DNA of 64,000 nucleotides from Felis catus (lineage: Eukaryota), in contig NC_058368.1 in the NCBI RefSeq assembly GCF_018350175.1, positions 61,692,001-61,756,000 on the forward strand. The letters run 5' to 3'. The first letter of the stretch is position 1, and every line of letters begins with the position of its first letter. This document shows positions 38,988 through 50,722 of the stretch, in pieces. The notes under the pieces are model-generated. The model worked only from the letters and a program-made list of their open reading frames with translations. It was not told where the DNA came from and did not search any database. Both the position numbers and the translations under genes were made by a program.

Positions 38988-39531
38988 GTGAGTGTTAAAC
39001 CTGTTCACATTTGCTTTTCTGTTAAAATGGGATCTTAAAACACAAATAAATGTAATGTAAGTAATCATATTCAGTTATATATATATATCATCTAAACAAT
39101 GGAACTAGGATTCAAATCTGGTGTTCTTTAAATTTAGGTTTCATGTAATTTATATTTTATCTATCAAAAAATTCCCACATCATAAGAAGCTTAAATATAT
39201 TTCATAGTTTTCAAAATTAAAGAATAAACACACCTTTAGAAAATTGTATGTAAACATCTCTTTCCTTCTCGCTCTTTCTGCACATGCGCACACACACACC
39301 ACCTTTTCTTTGTAATTGTGATTGCCTACTTAAATTTAATCTGATCTCTCCCTTGTCATTAATTATATTTAATGTATTCATATATGCCATTTGTTCTAAG
39401 TACTTAAGTATTAACCTAGATTAAATACATTGTCTTTTTTTATAATAGCTACTCTAAATTAATGAGTTATCTATCACAAACATGTGAACTCAAGTTGGTA
39501 CTGGAATTGATTTTATTAATTAATGGAACAA

Positions 39532-39890
39532 GATAGTTTTTCTTTTCCTCTGACACAAATAAAACCTGATTTTTCTCAGTAACATGGCTCTGGCTAATGT
39601 GGGAGAGAAGGACTTCACTTTATCCTTGACTGATAGATGCTCCATAATAACAGTAGACATAGCAAAGAAAAGCAAAATTCTTTGTATAACTTTATTGTGA
39701 AAGCCCATGATTTAGAGACTAATACAGTAGAGCTTATTGTACAACTTATTGTGAAATTTCATGATTTATTATGCAGTTCTCAGCAGCTTATTGAGTGTCC
39801 CTATTGTCACACTTCATGATTTACTGAGCCACACAGAAGAGCTTATCACATAACTTGATAGTGAGATTCTGATTTACTGTGAAATAGTTG
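39532..39890 (+). pseudogene. Candidate decayed exon F: RhoGAP C-terminal motifs plus 4x 18-codon repeat
   Basis: Reads FLFL*H...NMALANVGEKDFTLSLTDRCSIITVDIAKKSKILCIT/IVKAHDL, resembling RhoGAP FLxxV...NxMxxxNxxxxFxPxL...LIxxxxxLF; possible acceptor ttttctcAG at 39578-39579; 3' boundary unknown. Confidence 0.45.
39677..39890 (+). repeat. Degenerate tandem repeat, four units of ~54-55 bp
   Basis: AGCTTAT at 39731, 39785, 39840; (CA)TGATTTA at 39706, 39760, 39815 and ~39869. Confidence 0.85.
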
Positions 39891-41795
39891 TTCCAATCTG
39901 TTTCTACAATGGGAGGTTTATCTAATGTTTCCTAATTATAGACAAGCCTCATCAGACACTTCATTTTCAAAGCAAGTAATATCTCTAAGAAAGCTTTGAA
40001 AACATCTTTTGCAAGTGGAAAATTTCTCCCCTCAAAATGATCATTTATTCTAATTTCTGGAAGCTTTCAAGTCTGTGAGCTGGCCCTAAGAAAATGAAAG
40101 GCTGTTTCAACTTTATTTAATAATGTAGCATGATAACACATCGATTGATTACACAGTCGTTTTTCGAAAGGCTAAAGCTCAATTTTTCTAAAAACAACGA
40201 AGTCGTTATCTTCGAAAGAATTGTTTCTAATCATTTTTGTAAGGGTTGGTTTATCTGTTTCTCCCTCTTTTATTTATCATCAATCCAAGTCTTAAATCAT
40301 TCAATAGTAAGTAGAATATTATGTTTACCAATTGCTACTAAAATGGCACTATGTTTTGGTAATATGTGTGTTGTTGTGTGTGTCATGTTTTGTTTTTGGT
40401 TTTGGTTTTTTTGCCTCAAATAGAAGAGGAAATGTTAAAACATGGAATGTTTTTCTGATTTGTAAACACTTTTTAAAGTTATTTTTCAACTTTCTATAAG
40501 CTTAATAGCCATTAATTATCTTTAATGAGGAACATGTGATTTTGAAAGAGTCTACAGTCTTGATGTTTAATTTCACTTATCTGAAAACTAAACTATGCAA
40601 ACGTGGCTTATTTCAGTTAGGTGATGCATATGCATTGATGTAAAAGTCATTAAGTGAAGATGGTATCAAATTATGGAAATAAGTATATGCCCAAATATAA
40701 TGTCATTCATAGTTTCTGGAATTCCCCCAGGCACCATGCAAGTACAGAGGCATATTTTTAAACATTTATATGTCTACTAGGAGAAGTGTTAGAACTTTGA
40801 GCAGTAGGGACTAAAGAGAAAGGTGAGATCTTTGAGGAAATTTTATAGCTTGGAATAAAAGAAGTAAAAACACTGACTAAACAAAACAGACAAATAAATT
40901 ATAGACTCAAAGGCAGAATCTAGAGGTTATAGTCTTTTGCGACCATAAACCTAGGATAAATTAGCTGTTTTGTACTCTTCAACCCTGGTAGTCAGTGGGC
41001 AATTTTATGCAAAGCTCAAAGACTTGTTATAAAATACAGCTGATTGTCTGGCAGGTAATTTGAACAAATAAAATAAAATAAAATAAATTAAAAAGGAAAC
41101 CAAAGCAATCAGATCCAAAGAACAGCATTACAAACAGCTAATGGAATATCCTCCCCCAAAACATAGTCAGTAGACTAACTACATAAGATATAGACACTAT
41201 TAATTAACAATGTTGTGGAATCTATAATGTACAATAGGTAGTGGAAAGGGTTAGTATGTAAAATAAAAATGATATATTAAAGAAAGAGAGAGGAAAATTA
41301 GTTTGATTTTTAAGCATTTGAACACCAGAACCCTACCCAGTAAAACTTAAAGAGAGCTAAGTTGAAACACAAGACGCAAACCCTTTGAAATGCATGTGGG
41401 ATAAGGCAGCCACCAAGAAACCAGATGGCAGGAACAGGGGTGAAATACTGACCAACACCACATCTGTGATCTTTTATCAATCCCTAATGATAATGTATGT
41501 GTGGCTACAACCCAATCATGACCACATATGATATGTAGGAGTTTTTCCTACTAAAATGCTTATCAAAGCCAATTAGAAGGCATATATATTTTTATTATTT
41601 TGAACTTTACTTTTTACTTGATATACCAATTAAGGGAAATTTCATTCCCTCAAAACATACACACATGCAAACATGCATATTAGCACACACTTTAACACAC
41701 ACACATTCACACACAGTTCCTCAAAGGGAAACATTTAAAATGTGAGTTTTGGTGGTTGAAATTCAAAACCTTTGTTAAATGTGGAAGCAGGGGGT

Positions 41796-41970
41796 GGGGC
41801 ACCTGGGTGGCTCAGTTGGTTGAGCCTCCGACTTCAGTTCAGGTCATGATCTCACAGCTGGTGGGTTCGAGCCCCGCGTCGGGCTCTGTGCTGACAGCTC
41901 AGAGCCCAGAGCCTGCTTCAGAATCTATGGCTCCCTCTCTCGCTCTTTGTGCCTCTCCTGCTCATGCTCG

Positions 41971-42003
<33 letters not shown>

Positions 42004-42040
42004 AAAAATAAATAAACATCATAAAAAAATTGAAAGAGAA
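41796..42040 (+). mobile_element. CAN-SINE
   Basis: TSD aaatgtggaagcagggg at 41777-41793 and 42041-42057. Confidence 0.96.
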
Positions 42041-43183
42041 AAATGTGGAAGCAGGGGTGGATGGGCACTAATTTATTCTACTTCATTTCTCTACACTACC
42101 TGGAGCAGAAAGTCTGAAAAGAGCTGATATGCAGACTACTCTTTCTAGACTTGCTGCAGTCTCTAATACAGAATCAAAGAACAATTTTAGGAGTGTTTTC
42201 AGCAAGGGATATATATGCTACACAGGTCAAACATTTTAAACCATCTAAAACATAATCGCTTTCGGAGACTATCTAGTTTCCACTGTCTGGCTCATTTTAC
42301 AGGATTGCATCCAATATGGATTCTGTCAGAGAACACCCCAACTCAATCTCCACATATGATTCATCCTTTGAATACTGTGCCTTGATGATATCGCTCATCC
42401 AATGTCAGTTATAGAAAAATAGCTTCAATGTAGGCTTGCTTGTACTGTGTTTCTTTAACAAAGCTTTCAGAAATTGTTTTATAATTTCAAATTATTGTGA
42501 ATATAAAAGTAGGCTCAGTGGTAGGCTGTTTATAATGAAAATGAAGGCCCCAAGGGAATCATACTCTCAGCACTCAAGTGGTATATTGGAAAACTAATGC
42601 CATTATTGCAATAGCAATCATAGTCAACTGCAGAAATATCTTCTTATCTCATTTGAAATATGCACAGTGCTCTATGTCATGGATTTTACAAGTGCATTGT
42701 TTTCTCTCACAGCAGAGAAACCATGTAAAGAGCTAAAACTTTAAAAGCCTTGTTAGGCTTGTACTGATAGGTTATGCATTATTAGATGTATATTAGAGAA
42801 ACGTGTTTTCACGAAAAGAAGTATTCTATTCAGCAGAAATGTGCTCTGCCTCTTAGACTCTACGAGATGTTTGGCTTCCTGTGGTAAGCTTTTTAGCCAA
42901 TTTGTTGGAGTCTTTCCAAGAACAGTCAAAACGAAATCTGCGGTTGCAGCATTTTAATATCTCCTTGAACCTAAGCATTGCTGGAGTTCTGAGAAATCTG
43001 CAAATTTACCAGCTCTCATGCAGGCCTTTGCAGAGTGTTGGTAGTTAATAAATTATTCCCTAGCCATCAACTTTGAAGTATTATGGCAACTGTTTATTTT
43101 ATTAACTTTATGAAATGTTGAAATAAATATTAACCCCCACTATGTGTCCAGTTCAGTTTTTAATTTTTATCTAATTTTAACAG

Positions 43184-43266
43184 AAATATGAAGACATGAG
43201 TCATAAAAAAATTCATCTTAATCTACCTCTGAGAAGAAGGAAGTTTAACCAATAGAGTAGTCAGAA
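43184..43266 (+). other. Candidate exon G (possible last coding exon of the + strand chain)
   Basis: tttttatctaattttaacAG acceptor; donor GAA|gtacgt (or TAC|gtaagg after 43270); phase-0 reading KYEDMSHKKIHLNLPLRRRKFNQ* with stop at 43253-43255; no family motif recognised. Confidence 0.3.
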
Positions 43267-44434
43267 GTACGTAAGGCTTTTTTTATGTATTAACTGAAAA
43301 TCAGTAATAGAGTACATATTGAGAACCCTGGCTGCATGACATAATAAAATAACACATTTGTGAAGGAACAGATGTGTCTACAACTGTATAAAGGGATATA
43401 TTCTCTAATTTAAAAACATGTTTGCTCTTTTGGATCTTACTAATTCAATTCAATTGCAAAGAAATATGCTGCTACATGGTTTCTTCAGATATGGGAGTAT
43501 CATACATATTGACTATAATTAAATGGATAGGTGGATGATTGTGACCTTTGACATAGAAAATGAGGCAGTGTAGCAGATATATCCTCAAGCATTTACTAGT
43601 CATGTTCTGACCTAGACATTTCGCATGCACGTGTCTTCACTCCAGTAAAGGTAATAGTTCCTCACTGAAGTGCTCTTCCTTTGTTTTGTTCATCACTCTA
43701 GCTTTATGATATGGACTGTTTCCTAGAATATATGAAAAAAGTAAATAATTATATGATAGGTAGGTAGACATATATATAGGTAATTGAACTAAATATTTCA
43801 GTGAATGAATGATTTACATTGTTTGGTCTTCACAAGACACCTCCCCGCCAGTCAAATATTTCATCAAAAATATTACAAATAAATCAAAACTGAATGTTTT
43901 GCTCCAGGACAGTATCACAATAAATGTCAATCCAAGTTATAGATTATTAAGCCCAACCTTGGTAATATATGATCTTTTATTAAAACATACTTCTTTTTTA
44001 TTATTTTTACACAAGTGGCATGTGAATATATTCTACTTTAATAAAATTTTTACAGATATGATTATAGTTTATTTGGCAACATCTTTAATCTTAGCCCCTC
44101 TCATATCTGTAAGCTGTATGTATGCCAAACTGTGCTTTAAGTATTATTGTGTCATTTTATATCAGAGAGAGACAGACAGACTGGGGGGGGGTGCAGAGAT
44201 TGAGCCATGGAAAAGAAAACGTTCTAAAAGTTGTCAAGTTTACAAACTTATAAAGTAGTGAACCCGGGACTTGAACTTAATGAAATCTGTCCCAGAGTCT
44301 ATGTTTTCAATGACTATGGTCATTATGCTGTATTGCCTGTCTCCAAATTAGATTTTTAAGAAGTTTTGGTAAATAGCCAATAATGCAATTCTATTATAAT
44401 AATGATTTACACCGAAGAGAGAGCCATGATTAGA

Positions 44435-44435
<1 letters not shown>

Positions 44436-44474
<39 letters not shown>
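44436..44474. repeat. (CA)n microsatellite
   Basis: Perfect AC run. Confidence 0.95.
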
Positions 44475-44477
<3 letters not shown>

Positions 44478-44529
44478 GATCTGGACAGTGCTAAAAAAAT
44501 AATTATATAGTTTTTGAAAGAAAGGTTAA

Positions 44530-45240
44530 TTGATGAGAAAATCATCAACAAAATATTAGCAAATCAAATCCAGCAATGTATAAATAGAATTATACAATAT
44601 GGCTGAGTGAGATTTTTTTCAGTTATGCAAGACTTTTTCAACATTTGGAAACTGAAGTAACAATGGAGTAAAGAAGAATAATCATATATTCTTATCAAAT
44701 CACATAGAACAAATTATCACACACATTCATGATAAAAATATTCCTGAGAATTAAGAGCCAATGGGAACTTCTTTAATTTCATGAAATGTATTTCCAAAAC
44801 TGCTACGGCTAACATCATGCATAATGGTGAACGTGAATGGCTTCCTCCTCAGCCAGGGACCGAGGCATGGGTGTGGGCTTTTGCCACTCTTCAGCATAGT
44901 ACTAGAAATTCAAACCACTACAAGTAAAGAATGAAGAAATAAAATTTATACAGTTTGGACAGGAAGGAACAAAAACTCTCTTTTTGCGGATGATATAATT
45001 GTTTATGTAGATAATGCCAAAGAATTCACACATGTGCCCACGCACACATGCAATCTCCTAGAACTAGTAAATGAGGTAAGACACCAGATACATTGTTGAA
45101 AGGAAGGATTTCAAAGATTTTGCCCCTATCCCAGAATTCCAGCTATGCAATATGTTACTGGTGGAAGAAATTGGGTGAAGGATGTATGGATTGTCTTTGT
45201 TTTATTTTTTACAACAGTATGCGAATGTATAATTATCTGC
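44530..45240 (+). mobile_element. Old L1 ORF2 (RT region) fragment plus a piece of L1MC-like 3' end
   Basis: aaaatcatcaacaaaatattagcaaatcaaatccagcaa (KIINKILANQIQQ), tctttttgcggatgatataatt (LFADDII); 3'-end-like gaaattgggtgaaggatgtatgg. Confidence 0.85.
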
Positions 45241-46186
45241 AAGAGAGGGATAAATAGGTAAACCTTACCCCCACCAATAATTTAAGTTCATTCAGTATTT
45301 GACCACCATATTTCAGATATCTGCTGCATTATTTTTCTCTAAAAAATGAACATTGCTGTATTTGGTGCCAACTTTTCTTTTTCCTCTCAAATGTCTTTAT
45401 GAATTGGTGTGCGTAGTAAAATTATCATAACTATGTGAGGTGAATGCCATCATTTTTTGTCTTTGGTCAAAATCAATTTTATCTTCCTGTTGAGTGGACC
45501 TTAAACTTTATTTACTTTCAGTCTAAAATAATTCTGAAATTAAGCCAAGTTTTGATGAGACGTTTTCTAAAGTAATTAGATACTACACTAACATTCATTC
45601 ATCACAAAATATTGATAAAGTTTATATTCAGTACTCTTAGAAAATGTGAATTAAGTAATTCCAATTCTTAAAACATTGACAGTGGTGTTTGTGCTATGTT
45701 GTGTTATTTTAAGTGGTGATTCTAATACTGGATACAGTGTTAGGTAATACATAGCTTTGTATTATTTTATGAATGTGAGTGATTCACAGTCTGAGGCCAT
45801 TAGTGTGCTTTGAAGGCAAATGATAAAGCTAATTTTAAATGCAAGAGGAAAATCATATGTGCAAAATATGCTTACTATTTGTTAATTTTATTTGGGATCA
45901 GTTCTACCAAAGTAGTTGAAGTTTACTTATATCTGAATGAAATAAAGAAATTAGGTTTAAAAAATAAATTTAAAAATGCTACATGATTATAGTTTAGATC
46001 AAAATCATAAACCATTTGTTATTTTTTTTGCTTCAAAGATATTCTATAATTCGATAATTATTCGATAATTTGTATTGCAATACTTTTATTGTGAATTGGA
46101 AAGTAGAATACATTTTTCTGTGTTATCATGTGCATATGTATGGAAATCAACTGTGACTTTCCATTAATACCTCATGTAACAAGTTT

Positions 46187-46353
46187 TTTGTTTTTTTTAA
46201 ATACATGAAATTTATTGTCAAATTGTTTTCCATACAACACCTAGTGCTCATCCCCAAAGATGCCTTCTTCAATACCCATCACCCACCCTCCTCTCCCTCC
46301 CACCCCCCATCAGCCCTCAGTTTGTTCTCAGTTTTTAAGAGTCTCTTATGCTT
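46187..46353 (-). mobile_element. Severely 5'-truncated felid L1 (3' end only, 167 bp)
   Basis: Matches the 3'UTR end of the L1 at 52830-52970; perfect TSD tcatgtaacaagttt at 46172-46186 and 46354-46368. Confidence 0.95.
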
Positions 46354-49300
46354 TCATGTAACAAGTTTGAACAGGGTTTTGTTTATGATGAGTTCTGTAA
46401 TTGTCTGCATAGTTATATTTAAAATACGAAACTAAATAGTATAAAATAAATCATTATATTTTCTTAAATACCAGGTAAAACATTTCTCCCAGGTGTGAAA
46501 ATAACCTTGAGTTTTAATGAAACTGCATTTTTCTTTTGCTCACATACTTATATCATGGTCCTTAAACTACAGAATTTCTAGTACATGAATCAATTTTAAG
46601 ATATCTGTAGAAATTTTACAAACAAATACAAAGCAAAAAAAAAATGATTATGCAATTGGAAGTTATTAACCTAATTCATTGGGCCAGTACAAAAACTATA
46701 GGTAGCTTATGTAAGTTTAGAAACTTGAAAAGGCAGCTCACTTCCCCCAAATAGCTTCTCTTTTTCAGCAAATTCTAGTCCCTCGTATCTATTTGAAAGC
46801 AGAATTTTTATCTTTATTAAACTGGGTGCTTTTCTAGCTAGATACATTTTGCCATTATACTGCAAATACCAGAGCATTAGCATACATTAGACAAGGAAGG
46901 GCCTTTGGGGAAAAGCTAGGGCCCTCAGTTATGGTAGGAAGAGAGAGGTTCAAAGTTAACCCTTAGGACTCTTGTGTGCCAGGCATTGGCTGAGTGCTGG
47001 GCAATGTACCAGAGAAAGATAGGTCCTTTCATTAATCTGCTTAAACAAGATGGTCTGCTATTAAACAAATTCAAAAAAAGAAAAGAAAACAAATGTACAA
47101 AAAAGCCACTGAAGAATATGTAGAATTTAAGGCAGAATTTAAGTAAATTTACAAATTAATTGCTCTGATTTATGTGAATTTTAAAATTAATTCTCACCAA
47201 AAAAATGAGGCTAGTGAATGGAAACTGTTATTGAAATTTTAGGTAATTAATTTCAGGTAGAGAAAGATCAATCACACTTGACAGGGACTGGCTATTTAGT
47301 GAACCAAATTAAATTATTTAAAATCATTATATTTACATAAAGCCCATGAAGTAAAATAAGCATGCGCATATTGCTCTGATCAATATAGAAAGAGGCAAGC
47401 TGACAAGTTTTCTCATGCATTTGGGCAATTATTACCAACCTTTGAGTAGACATCATGACGTAAAAAGGGATTTGTTTTTTTTTTCAATCTGTACTAGATA
47501 AATTTTGTCTGTAAACATAATGCTTTTTTAATGTGGTGCTATATTTCTGCTGTTTCAGCAATATATTCTAAATGGGGAATTAAAATAATACCAAAAAAAG
47601 CGCATCTTTTTGAAGTCCAAATCTCTAGGTTAAAGTGGAACCTAAACTAAGTGTTTCAGATGGCCCTGAGGTAAATCATTGTAGCAACAAAAATTTTCTG
47701 GTTGGAAGACTAGATTTAATCACTTGCAAGTGTTAGAGACACTCTTAAAGAAGACTAAAGGTAAGTCACAAAAAGTCAAAGGATATTTCATCCTGCCCCA
47801 TTTCTCAGCTATTGTGTTTTTCTCAACTAATACAGACACATGTACAGCAAAAAGTTTCAATCTTATACTTGGCTTGGTAGGGCTGACAAGATGTTCACTT
47901 CCTCTGTGAGTAGTAACATCTCAAATCTCAGAACAGAATGGAAGCTCACAATAGCTTCCAGATCACTCCTCCCTGGGAATAATAGCTTATCATAGTCTTT
48001 TAGAAATTTGAGTTGATGAATCACTTATGTACATTCTACAACCAGCAGTTAAAGAATTGGATTATTGGGTATTATACTAGGTATGATCAGCACTCAGAAA
48101 TAAGTCTTCTACTAGATACATGTTTTTCACCTGAATTCTTTAAATGTTTTATTGTGGGATTAAAGCACATGAAAAGCTCATAGAATATAACTCTACAATT
48201 TAGCCAACAGATTATAAAGCACACAGCCACGTAAGTACCCTTGGGTCAGAAGCTTACCTTTATGTGTCTTGTCAATTACAACTCATCTTTCCACTTGTTA
48301 GATAACTACTATGACAGATATATTTTTAACATGTAGTTCATCTTCTAAGAATAGTGTCACCTGGAGACATGTACTTTCAAACAATATATATAAATATGAA
48401 TTGCAAATTAAACCCTAACAAGCTATTAGAGGCTACATTACCACTATCGTATCATTTTATAATCTAGACACATTCTAAAGAAAAGTATTATTTATCCCAA
48501 TTGAACCATGATGAAACTTAAATTGTTTTCCATAAAATACTGTAGTTTAAAGAGTAGTTAATTTTAGAACCACGTCTGGAACCTATTCTTCATGTCTTTC
48601 TCATCCATTTTTATTCCCTGACAAACTAGAAAGAAACATTTGTGTTGTAAAAAGAAACTGAATTCAGCATACAAAGGCATGGTAATCTTCCAAGGTAGGC
48701 TATCATTTCAGCCTTGTGTACTGGGCAAATCATGTAGCCTTCCTTTGATATAGACAGTGAGTATTAAATGTGATGACATATATGAAAGTACCTAGTAAAT
48801 TAAGTAACTATATAGGGTATGAAATGGACCATTTTCTTTTTCTAAACTGAAATACTAATAATTACACAAAATAAATGCTAACAATTGTGATGATAATGGT
48901 GATAATAACTATCATTTATTAAATGGTTATTAATTGTCAAACACTAAATACTGTGTGTATAGTTTATGATTTAACTGTATTATTGATTTAGTGGTAGAGC
49001 CAATAATGAAATCCAAATGCACTTGATTCAGAGAACAAGCTCTGGGTCAGCTCCTCCAAATCCACACATGGAAACACACAAATATTCATAATAAAGTGAG
49101 AAAAACTCAATATGACTTAATTTTAAAGTTAAGATGTTGATACACACTGTGTAGGTGCCCACAGATGTGAATTTTAATGTGAAAAGCCACCTTTCCTAGA
49201 TTTTTACCTAAATTAAATATTTCTATTATATAAAATGTTGACACCTGGGTAGCATGTGGAAAAGTTTTATAAAACAAAAGAAATGGAAACAGATTAATTT

Positions 49301-49730
49301 CAATGATATGGTGCTAGATATCTTTATTAAGATAGATACTAAATATTACTCTGAAAGACATGCTATCTTTCATGTTGTTTTTATTTCAAAGACTTCTTTT
49401 TTCAATATTTCTATCTTTTTCAATGCTTTAATTACATTCACATGTGCATTTTGTGTTTAGACTTATGCAAGGCTTTCATTGTTGATAAAGTATCAGAAAA
49501 ACCTACACTACAGAGTAATTTACTCAAAATGGAAACATATGAAGCATATTCCTTGCATTTATATTTATAGAATGCTTAATCTTGATAAGGCTGATCTATA
49601 TACATTCATATACAGAAATACTTATGTTTTATTTTATTAAAATGAAATAATGAGTCAAATGGAGTATTCAAAACTAATTATTGAAATTGTTTACTTATTG
49701 ACTCATTTAGTTGCTTTTGTAGGCTATTTT

Positions 49731-49959
49731 TTTTTTTTAATTTTTTTCAACGTTTTTTTTATTTATTTTTGGGACAGAGAGAGACAGGGCATGAACGGGG
49801 GAGGGGCAGAGAGAGAGAGAGGGAGACACAGAATCGGAAACAGGCTCCAGGCTCCGAGCCATCAGCCCAGATCCTAACGCGGGGCTCGAACTCACGGACC
49901 GCGAGATCGTGACCTGGCTGAAGTCGGACGCTTAACCGACTGCGCCACCCAGGCGCCCC
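49731..49959 (-). mobile_element. Young CAN-SINE (SINEC_Fc)
   Basis: CpGs intact; perfect TSD ttgtaggctatttt at 49717-49730 and 49960-49973. Confidence 0.98.
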
Positions 49960-50084
49960 TTGTAGGCTATTTTAAACACAAATTGATAGTTTACATTTCC
50001 CATAGTGAGTCTGTCTGCTAGTATACTTGTTTTTATATTACCCATAATAACCCTGTATTTTCCCCTTTCTGTTTTTATCCTCCT

Positions 50085-50212
50085 ATCCTCTTTCTTCCTT
50101 TTTCCTTCTTTCCTGCCTTCCTTCCTCCCTCCCTACATCCTTCCCTTTCTTCCCGCCTGGCTCCCTTCTTTCCTTCCTTCCCTCCTTCCTTCCTTCCTTT
50201 TTTCCTTCCTTT
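50085..50212. repeat. Degenerate (CCTT)n polypyrimidine tract
   Basis: Imperfect ttcc/cctt repeats. Confidence 0.9.
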
Positions 50213-50500
50213 CTGTATATGCATAGAACATGATGGTCAAACTTAATTTGATTAGTGAGAATTGTAAAACCAGGTAATGTTAACTATCACAGTGATTTTA
50301 CCTAACATTTATCAATATTGAACTATATAGAAAATAACTATAAAAATAAAGATATAAAAAATATATGACATTATCTATTTTCAAAATATCATGATTACTT
50401 TATGAATTTAGAAATACATTCCTTCAGGAATATTTAAAATTAGGGGAAATGTGTATCATTTATTTTTATTTTTCTCCATTATTTTCTAGTGATAATGTTT

Positions 50501-50722
50501 TTATAACTCTTTTTTTTAAATGTTTATTTATTTTTGAGAGAAAAAGAGACAGAGCGTGAGTGGGCAGAGAGGCAAAGAGGGAGAGAGATACATTATCTGA
50601 AGCAGGCTCCAGGCTCTGAGCTGTCAGCACAAAGCCTGGCTCAGGGCTCAAACTTATGAACCGTGAGATCATGACTTAGGCTGAAGTCAGACGCTTAACC
50701 AACTAAGCCACCCAGATGCCTC
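50501..50722 (-). mobile_element. CAN-SINE
   Basis: Full antisense body; TSD gtgataatgttt at 50489-50500 and 50727-50738. Confidence 0.94.

Noticed and set aside
39731..39860. AGCTTAT repeats identical to the miR-21/miR-590 seed; also considered as a CRISPR-like array
   Set aside because: Similarity does not extend past the seed and the stems are too short for pre-miRNAs. Whole units are homologous (no unique spacers), the context is mammalian and there are no cas genes.
43809..44258. 149-aa ORF
   Set aside because: AT-rich composition, no domain recognised, and its 3' part runs into a MIR-like fragment.
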